A stretch of 12,319 nucleotides of DNA, from assembly GCA_051382295.1 (NCBI GenBank), contig JBBCAW010000081.1:1-12319 (forward strand), given 5' to 3'. The DNA comes from Bdellovibrionota bacterium FG-1. GTDB lineage: Bacteria > Bdellovibrionota > UBA1018. Shown here in pieces: positions 6,380 to 12,319 of the stretch (position 1 is its first letter; each line of letters starts with the position of its first letter). Under the pieces are notes generated by a model. That model was not told the DNA's origin and did not search any database. It worked only from the letters and a program-made list of their open reading frames with translations. A program made the position numbers and the translations under genes.

Positions 6380-7789
6380 TTACTCAAGTGAGCCAGGGAA
6401 CCAGATCGCGGCGCTTTCTGCCGACATGCAATAGTCGAAGAAGGTGCCGCTCTGAGTGGCGAACATCTGCTTGCGAAGTTCAGTTCCGACCAAATAATCC
6501 TTTGCAAAGTACTGTCTTTCCCAGCGCAAAGCATCCTGAGTGGTGCGATCGTGATCATAGGCCTGGGCGATGTCGTTTATGGACGTCGCGGAAGTGCGCA
6601 CTATCGAATTCAGCAGGCTGATTTGTTTACTTTGATTGACGTCCGCACGAGTGATGCTTCCGCCCTCCTTCGTGTAATCCATAACAAGCGCACGCAGTGC
6701 GGTATTGATGTGAGCTTCATTTGAAGTCAAAGTCGAGAAATCCGCCTTTCCAAATGAATCGAAGCATACTTTTCCGTCCGGTCGATTGTGGGCGCGAAAC
6801 ACCATTCCTGGGACATCGTAGGGATGGTCCAACCCATCTCTTTGCAGTTCAGTCCAGTCGCAGATTCCCTCAATCAGGGCTGCTTCGGGGCTGGTGACCC
6901 ACTGAAGGTAGCCACTTGCCTCATCGCCAGATATTTCACATTGGCAATACTGCTTCCCGGCACAAGCACGACAGTCTTCCGTTTTAGGTCTTCTGCCATA
7001 ATGAATTTCTCCCTGGGCGGGATATTGATCCCTCATCGTGCGATGTAGCAGGAGGTGAGTCGCTTCGTGTCGGAGAAATGCCAGGGGCTGTCTTTGCATC
7101 GCGGAAAAGGAGAAAGACGCGATTGCGTCGCTTGATTGCTTGATTTGTTCCGGCAATGAGTGCCAGAAAATCTGCCGGTCAGTCGGATCATAGACCGCAA
7201 AGTCGATCGGTTGATAACCCGATTTGGTGTCGAGCTGAAAATCATGGTCTGTAATGACAATAGGGATACTACCCCCGGCGTCGAAGGTCTTTCGAAGAAG
7301 TTCGATTGTGAACGTGTCAGATGCGGCCTCGGCCATCACCATGCGAAAGCGGCCGTATGACTGAATCAATTCAGGAGACCGGCAGAGCCTGCTACTGGCA
7401 AACGGTGTTACTTTTCGTGAAGCTCCAACCACCGATTCGAGGAATGATCGCGGATTTTCTACGCGGAATTCAAAGAACTTGTCGATACCCGGTATCGCCC
7501 CAGGGGCTTGGAGTTCTGGGTGATTCTTGCAAGGGACAAACATGGAGGTCGAGCTATGAAATTTCTTAAATGCTGCCATTTCTTCCTGGTAGCTCTTTTT
7601 GGTGACGGTGCTGGGGACGTTACTCAATGAGTGCCAACCCAGCTGTCCCGAATCGTAAACGCCGCCACCGCCGCCTCGATCCGAGCCGTTACCCGCTCGC
7701 GCTATGCCACCCAATCCGAGCGCACAACAGGCTCCCACGAGTATAACCAGTGGCAATAGTTTGGGTCTGACCAGTGCGTCGGTTTTCAT
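6380..7789 (-). CDS. Secreted putative zinc metalloprotease (gluzincin-like)
   Basis: Signal peptide ending ARA, then GNGSDRGGGGG. FLRHEATH followed by AALIEGICDW (third-ligand ExxxD pattern). Cys-rich insert CRACAGKQYCQC. Confidence 0.75.
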   Translation of the reverse strand: MKTDALVRPKLLPLVILVGACCALGLGGIARAGNGSDRGGGGGVYDSGQLGWHSLSNVPSTVTKKSYQEEMAAFKKFHSSTSMFVPCKNHPELQAPGAIPGIDKFFEFRVENPRSFLESVVGASRKVTPFASSRLCRSPELIQSYGRFRMVMAEAASDTFTIELLRKTFDAGGSIPIVITDHDFQLDTKSGYQPIDFAVYDPTDRQIFWHSLPEQIKQSSDAIASFSFSAMQRQPLAFLRHEATHLLLHRTMRDQYPAQGEIHYGRRPKTEDCRACAGKQYCQCEISGDEASGYLQWVTSPEAALIEGICDWTELQRDGLDHPYDVPGMVFRAHNRPDGKVCFDSFGKADFSTLTSNEAHINTALRALVMDYTKEGGSITRADVNQSKQISLLNSIVRTSATSINDIAQAYDHDRTTQDALRWERQYFAKDYLVGTELRKQMFATQSGTFFDYCMSAESAAIWFPGSLE

Positions 7790-7806
7790 GCAAGTGTGAG
7801 TATCAT

Positions 7807-7829
7807 AAGTTGATTAAAAAGATCAACTT
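7807..7829. promoter_or_regulatory. 8-7-8 palindrome upstream of the protease gene, candidate operator
   Basis: AAGTTGAT-taaaaag-ATCAACTT in a very AT-rich intergenic region, 17 bp from the ATG at 7789. Confidence 0.45.
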
Positions 7830-7973
7830 TATATAAAATAAATGATTACAAATAGATAAATAACTTTTTGAACGCTGAATGTTGTTCTGGGCTGCGGAGG
7901 AGCAACGAAAGGAGGGTGAAATTAGTCCGAAGCCTGAGGTAGCTGCGCACTCATTTCACCCACCATTGAGACA

Positions 7974-8567
7974 TCAATTCAGGCGATAGTAGCAAAACGA
8001 GTTCGCCGCGTGCCCCTGATCCGAGTCTGAAATGCTGTGCACGATAGCCAGGGTTCCCGAGGTTTCAAGTATTGCCGAAGTTTCTTCGTAATAGCGTACT
8101 TGATTCTTATGGAAGGCGCGTTCAATCGCGGATGTTCCTGGATTTCTTTCGATCGTCACCAGTCGAGTGATCACTCGCGCATCTTTGTCTTCGCGCGCAG
8201 AATACGAATAGCCCAAGCGATCCGAAACGACCTGGCCATTTTCCAACGGCTGTTTAATCCAATGGCTTTTGGAGCCGGCATTCCGTCCTAAGAAATGATG
8301 GACGATTTTTTCGTCGAAGACGATATCCAAGCCAATTTCGTTAGATTGAGAGAAAGGGTTACTCGCAAGTGTGACTTGGAGCTTGGCCGCGCATTTCTCA
8401 CCGTATTCTGAAGCCTTATCGAGAACATAATTTCCCTGAAAGTAATCCAAAGTCACAACAGGAGCTTGGACATCATCCGCTTGCGCATTTATTCCGGTTA
8501 GGCCTGCAACCCCGGAGATCGCAGAAAAAGAGATCAGTGCACTAATCAAACCACTCTTGATTTTCAT
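7974..8567 (-). CDS. Secreted hypothetical protein (197 aa), probably beta-rich with one disulfide
   Basis: ATG at 8567 preceded by GAAAGGA. Signal peptide MKIKSGLISALISFSAISGVAGLTGINAQA. Only two Cys (KCAAKLQV and C-terminal CYYRLN). Confidence 0.8.
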   Translation of the reverse strand: MKIKSGLISALISFSAISGVAGLTGINAQADDVQAPVVTLDYFQGNYVLDKASEYGEKCAAKLQVTLASNPFSQSNEIGLDIVFDEKIVHHFLGRNAGSKSHWIKQPLENGQVVSDRLGYSYSAREDKDARVITRLVTIERNPGTSAIERAFHKNQVRYYEETSAILETSGTLAIVHSISDSDQGHAANSFCYYRLN

Positions 8568-8601
8568 AACAAATTTTCCTTTCAAAATTCATGTATTTAA
8601 C

Positions 8602-8631
8602 TTCGTCCATTTGTCTTTCGTCCTGGACGAA
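8602..8631. promoter_or_regulatory. Candidate operator in the divergent promoter
   Basis: Perfect palindrome TTCGTCC-T-GGACGAA (8617-8631) plus a third half-site TTCGTCC at 8602-8608, in an otherwise AT-rich spacer. Confidence 0.55.
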
Positions 8632-8689
8632 TGGGGTTATAGTTAAGTGGACTATTTTTATCTACTTAGAAAAATGATAAGATAGATAT

Positions 8690-10108
8690 GTGAAAGATTG
8701 GGTGGTTTTTCGAGAGCAAATTGAAACCACAGTAAGAGGTCGCCGGCTTCAAGAGTGCCGCCGAGCGATTCCGACATTCTTGCGCGAGTATTCATCTCGC
8801 GCTGAAGAGTCAGTGATGCTTGCTTGCGATTGGTATCGTCGGTTGGGGTTGCACGCAGAGGGGCTTCGGTGTGTAGGTCTTGATGCTTCGCTCTTGCGAT
8901 CTCCTGTCACGGAATTTGACCGAAAGCGAATGCTCTGGGCTGGGCGCTTCTTGAATCTTATGGGAGCGCCCGAATTCGCGAAACCTATTCTCAAGCACTT
9001 TGAGCCACGTACAGCGGAAGAAAACCGGATTATCGGTACAATATATCTCGCGAATTTCGATTACGACCGTGCAGCTCACCACCTGAAGCTTTTTAACTCG
9101 CTGGACGACAAGCCAGAAAGCTATCTCTCACGTTTATCGCAAATCAACTTTTCTGATGCTTTGAACGGATTGGGGCAGTTTCAAGAGGCTATTACGGTGT
9201 CCTTGAGAACTTTTGAACTTTCGCCTGAGCCGCTGCTTCAGGGCATTGCCTTACAGGCTCGTGGAGAGTACTTGGCAAGAAACGGTTACTGGTCTGAGGC
9301 TATGGCCGTGCTTCTTCAGGCGAGCACAAGATTCTCCCCAAGCGACCAAACCCCGGACATGGCATTTCTATTAAAGTGGATGGGGTACGTGGAACTAAAG
9401 CTGGGGCAGAAGGCTACAGGGCGAGGTAATCTCTTACGCGCGCTGGAAATTCTACGCAAAACCGCCTTAAGACCCGAAGCATGGCTTGATGTCTATCGCC
9501 TTTTGGGTGCCGCAGGAGACCTCAGCGCGAGCGAAATGAAACTGCTCTCAGCTTATCCTGGTCTTGCCTCCGGCTTTAAGAAGTTGCTCCCAGATTTAGA
9601 GCCCTCCTCTGAGTCGATTCGGACATCGTGGGTTGTTGACCTTAATCGCAATGAGTATTCGATCGGTAAAAAAATGTTCCTTGGCATTCCCACTGAAATT
9701 CGAGCGATGGCATTTATTGCCCAAACAGGGGACTGGGGACTTCCGCTGGTGAAGCTTAAAGCTCTTTTGTGGCCGGAAGAGGCTTATGCGTTCCTTCAGC
9801 TAGAAGGGCGCGTAAGTCAGATCTTGCACCGGCTTAGGGCTAACCACGGCACCCGCTTGCGGATCGAAAGAGGAATTGCATATGTGATTCAACCAAGAGT
9901 GGGCGTAAGGGGTACGGGAACTGTATCACTGCGACCCTCGTTTCTCGAAATCTCAAGGGAATTCAAGCGATCTACAGTGGAAGCTCACTACGGAGTTGAG
10001 TCGGCGCAGGCTGCGCGTTGGATCTCGGATTGGACAAAATCTGGTTGGATTAAGAAAATTGGTCGTGGGCCTCGCTCACTGTACGCGTCGGTTCCGCTCC
10101 CCGAATAG
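8690..10108 (+). CDS. TPR-repeat protein with C-terminal winged-helix domain(s), putative transcriptional regulator
   Basis: TPR-like helices (IIGTIYLANFDYDRAAHHL, ALNGLGQFQEAI, KWMGYVELKLGQKATG). OmpR-like effector pattern (VVDLNRNEY...KLKALLWPE...VSQILHRLR). Terminal wHTH (VEAHYGVESAQAARWISDW..SGWIKKIGRGPRSLY). Confidence 0.75.
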   Translation: MKDWVVFREQIETTVRGRRLQECRRAIPTFLREYSSRAEESVMLACDWYRRLGLHAEGLRCVGLDASLLRSPVTEFDRKRMLWAGRFLNLMGAPEFAKPILKHFEPRTAEENRIIGTIYLANFDYDRAAHHLKLFNSLDDKPESYLSRLSQINFSDALNGLGQFQEAITVSLRTFELSPEPLLQGIALQARGEYLARNGYWSEAMAVLLQASTRFSPSDQTPDMAFLLKWMGYVELKLGQKATGRGNLLRALEILRKTALRPEAWLDVYRLLGAAGDLSASEMKLLSAYPGLASGFKKLLPDLEPSSESIRTSWVVDLNRNEYSIGKKMFLGIPTEIRAMAFIAQTGDWGLPLVKLKALLWPEEAYAFLQLEGRVSQILHRLRANHGTRLRIERGIAYVIQPRVGVRGTGTVSLRPSFLEISREFKRSTVEAHYGVESAQAARWISDWTKSGWIKKIGRGPRSLYASVPLPE

Positions 10109-10140
10109 TGATTTCATGGCGGCAGGCTATCGCTTTTACA

Positions 10141-10340
10141 TAGAGGTTTACTTGCCGTAAACCCCTACTCATCCGTCCGATGCGCGGACGGCAAGACAAG
10201 CGGATGCCGAGCACTGAAAAAACGTCGCCTCGAAATCAGGTGATTTCGAGGTGGCACCGCGGCCGCAGAGAGTGCCGTGCTGAGCGCGGCTTCGCGATCA
10301 CGCGGAAAGTGGGGATTTGAGGGTGCCCCTCTCCCCTCAC
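10141..10340. other. Hairpin-dense non-coding segment (candidate single-strand origin, res site or terminators)
   Basis: GGTTTAC/GTAAACC (10145-10163), CCGTCCG/CGGACGG (10173-10191), CCTCGAAATCA-gg-TGATTTCGAGG (10228-10251), GGCAC/GTGCC and further short stems, between convergent genes. Confidence 0.4.
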
Positions 10341-10359
10341 CGATTCGGCGATCGTGGCT

Positions 10360-10959
10360 CTATGGCTTCCTACGCGCGGCCTTTTTCGGGATCGGCTGCA
10401 ATGCGCGCCAAACAGCCCCGGACGAGAGCGAAAGCTCGCGCTCGATGGCTTGGTAGCTCATGCCTTGAGTTCTGAGCTTCCTGACTGCTGCATAGTCGTT
10501 TTTCCTGGGACGGCCGAGGCACTTGCCTTGGTTGCGTGCGTGTTCAAGTCCAAGCATGATCCGGTCGCGGATTAGTTCGCGCTCAAACTCAGCCAAGCTT
10601 CCTAAAATTTGAGCAAACATCCGGCCCGCTGGGGTGGTGAGGTCCACCTGGTCGCGCGTGGCGATGAACTTCACGCCGAGGGCTTCAAATTCCGAGAGCG
10701 TATTGACCAGGTGCTTGAGTGACCTAAAAAGCCTGTCGAGCTTCACGACGACTACAGCGTCTACTTCGCGGGTGCGCACCAGCCTGAGGAGTTCTTTTAG
10801 CCCAGGCCGGTCATCGGTTCCTCCGCGCGCGCGGTCGGTGATCTCGTGCGTGATCTTGAATCTGCGCGCCTTGCAGTAGCGTCGAAGTTCCTGGATCTGA
10901 ACTTCTGGCTTTTGTTCGCGCTTCTGGGTGCTCACGCGCGAGTAGGTCGCGACGTTCAT
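10360..10959 (-). CDS. Serine recombinase, resolvase/invertase family (199 aa)
   Basis: YSRVST catalytic motif, DRPGL, VVVKLDRLFRS, LAEFERELIRDR, GRPR and C-terminal HTH. ATG at 10959 overlaps the upstream TGA. Confidence 0.95.
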   Translation of the reverse strand: MNVATYSRVSTQKREQKPEVQIQELRRYCKARRFKITHEITDRARGGTDDRPGLKELLRLVRTREVDAVVVVKLDRLFRSLKHLVNTLSEFEALGVKFIATRDQVDLTTPAGRMFAQILGSLAEFERELIRDRIMLGLEHARNQGKCLGRPRKNDYAAVRKLRTQGMSYQAIERELSLSSGAVWRALQPIPKKAARRKP

Positions 10960-11150
10960 CAACTGGCTTTTTTCTTTTTCGCCTGCTGCTCTTGAATGGC
11001 TTTCCACTTTTGTACAAACGGCCCAGTCTCGATATTTTTGCGGCGATGCTCGCGCTCTTGCTCCCAAGACATATTCTTGGTTTCTTCGTAAATTTGTTCT
11101 TGGATCTTGTGCTTCATCTCAACGCAGTCGAATTCCTTTTTCTTACTCAT
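10959..11150 (-). CDS. Small charged protein (63 aa), putative antitoxin partner of the PIN toxin
   Basis: MSKKKEFDCVEMKHKIQEQIYEETKNMS... Strong AGGAGG RBS lies inside the PIN gene and the start overlaps the PIN gene end by 8 nt. Resembles small proteins commonly found downstream of this PIN subfamily. Confidence 0.7.
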   Translation of the reverse strand: MSKKKEFDCVEMKHKIQEQIYEETKNMSWEQEREHRRKNIETGPFVQKWKAIQEQQAKKKKAS

Positions 11151-11604
11151 CGAATAGGACCTCCTTTGGGGAAACGATTTGAAGTACGCCGTAGCCGTTC
11201 TGAAAGTTGACTTGGTTAAACGCCTTGATTTTATCAAAACGGACAATGTGTTTGAAGTTCCATGACACGATGGCATCTACGCGCGCAACCGTGGCATATG
11301 CTACATGGATGGCGTCGTTTCTCGATTTTGCAGTAAGGATCTTGGCCGCCAAATAAGCGTCGCGAAGCTCGGCCACAGCAGCGGTTTCAATGAGTATTTC
11401 AACTGCCTCTGTCGGCAGCGTGTTCAAGACGTCTTGAACTTCTTTCGGAGCCAACATCACTTCCTCAAAAACTACGTCGCTAACTACAAAAATCGCTTTG
11501 CCGCTCTTCGCAGCTTGAACGAGCCGGTTGGAGTCTTCTGAAAACTCCTCGTCCAAGCATCCGCCAATGACTGAAGTATCGATGTAAAGTCGTGGTTGTT
11601 TCAT
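11143..11604 (-). CDS. PIN-domain (VapC-like) ribonuclease toxin (153 aa)
   Basis: LYIDTSVIGGCLDEEF, SDVVFEEV, DAIHVAYA, DAIVSWNFKHIV. GGAGG RBS before the ATG at 11604. Confidence 0.92.
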   Translation of the reverse strand: MKQPRLYIDTSVIGGCLDEEFSEDSNRLVQAAKSGKAIFVVSDVVFEEVMLAPKEVQDVLNTLPTEAVEILIETAAVAELRDAYLAAKILTAKSRNDAIHVAYATVARVDAIVSWNFKHIVRFDKIKAFNQVNFQNGYGVLQIVSPKEVLFDE

Positions 11605-12319
11605 CCCGTTACCTCCCTTAACGATTGTTCCACTTGCCGACGAATGTCCTCGTGTTCTGCAACCACGACTCCGGGCATTGCCGCACACCGCTCGGGCCAG
11701 ACCTGCTCATCGAAGTGAGTTTTGAGCGATGACTCTCGCGCTGGAACAATATCGAGAACGACGTCCGGCACGATCGCGGCGACTTGCTCTCGTGTGAGTC
11801 CCCTTCTCCATGTGCCGAACTCCAGATCTCGGAGCTCGCGCTCCTCGGCCAATCGTTCCGCCTCGATACGCCTCTTACCGTCGAGGTAGCTTCGCCGCGC
11901 GGCCTGCTCTGGACTCTCGTAGTTCTCAGGCGGAGCATAGGGCAAGCCCTTGCGGAGAATCCCCATGAAGAAATTCACGGGCGGTCCTTTAATCTCCCTC
12001 CCCTTCCCGTTTCTCTTCAAATCGAAGGCGAAGAAGTGGATCGAGTCTTGGACTTCGGTAGCCGAGAGCTTGCCATGCTTAGCAAGTTGAACCAGATGGG
12101 ACTGCGTGAATCCGATTTCGGTCAAGGCTGAGAAATCTACGGCAGACCAGTCAGGGCTGAGTTGTGTTGCGGTGCTTTCAAAAAGTTCGGGTTCGTCAGT
12201 AGTAGTAGTTTTTAATTTTTGTAAATCTATAGAACTACTACTACTAGAGGGGCTTGTTGTCGGTTGTGTTGCCGGTTGTGTACCCACTTTGTTCTCGGTT
12301 TGTTGCCAGTTTGTTGCCA
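11601..12319 (-). CDS. 3' part of the junction-spanning putative replication initiator
   Basis: SSSSSS...KTTTT linker followed by a helical domain ending IKGPPVNFFMGILRKG, reminiscent of DnaD-like/replisome-organizer C-terminal domains. The TGA stop overlaps the PIN gene ATG. Confidence 0.75.
   Translation of the reverse strand, partial: ATNWQQTENKVGTQPATQPTTSPSSSSSSIDLQKLKTTTTDEPELFESTATQLSPDWSAVDFSALTEIGFTQSHLVQLAKHGKLSATEVQDSIHFFAFDLKRNGKGREIKGPPVNFFMGILRKGLPYAPPENYESPEQAARRSYLDGKRRIEAERLAEERELRDLEFGTWRRGLTREQVAAIVPDVVLDIVPARESSLKTHFDEQVWPERCAAMPGVVVAEHEDIRRQVEQSLREVTG
12193..12319. repeat. Terminal direct repeat, copy 2 (circular contig overlap); unit circle 12,192 bp
   Basis: Exact copy of 1-127 (tcgtcagtag...ttgttgcca). 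Confidence 0.95.

Noticed and set aside
7788..7806. Sigma-54 promoter (TTGC) before the protease gene
   Set aside because: The -24 GG element is absent (TGAT instead of TGGC) and the TTGC abuts the start codon.
10360..10959. Resolvase as part of a Tn3-family transposon
   Set aside because: No transposase or terminal inverted repeats were seen, and it is coupled to the plasmid maintenance operon.
10960..11688. Longer N-termini in the ORF track for the resolvase (11067), small protein (11276) and PIN protein (11688)
   Set aside because: These extensions overlap upstream genes. The internal ATGs at 10959, 11150 and 11604 have RBS or stop-start coupling and begin at the family motifs.

Overview
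The window looks like a complete small circular mobilizable plasmid of 12,192 bp. Bases 12193-12319 repeat bases 1-127 exactly, as expected for an assembly overlap. It has three modules. (1) A minus-strand, translationally coupled maintenance operon that crosses the contig junction: ParA-family ATPase, a 451-aa winged-helix Rep-like protein, PIN-domain toxin, small putative antitoxin and serine resolvase. The ORF track truncates the Rep-like gene, which carries about 20 iteron-like 11-12 bp repeats and an AT-rich inverted-repeat element inside its coding sequence. (2) A plus-strand mobilization operon: Replic_Relax/MOBC-like relaxase, VirD4/TraD-like coupling protein and an HExxH protein. It is preceded by a 26-bp perfect inverted repeat and a C-free purine tract (candidate oriT). 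No mating-pair genes are present. (3) A cargo module: a TPR plus winged-helix regulator divergent from two secreted proteins, one a gluzincin-like metalloprotease, with palindromic operator candidates. The style of the cargo proteins suggests a Bdellovibrionota/Oligoflexia-like host (inference only). All family calls come from motif recognition by eye; no database search was run.
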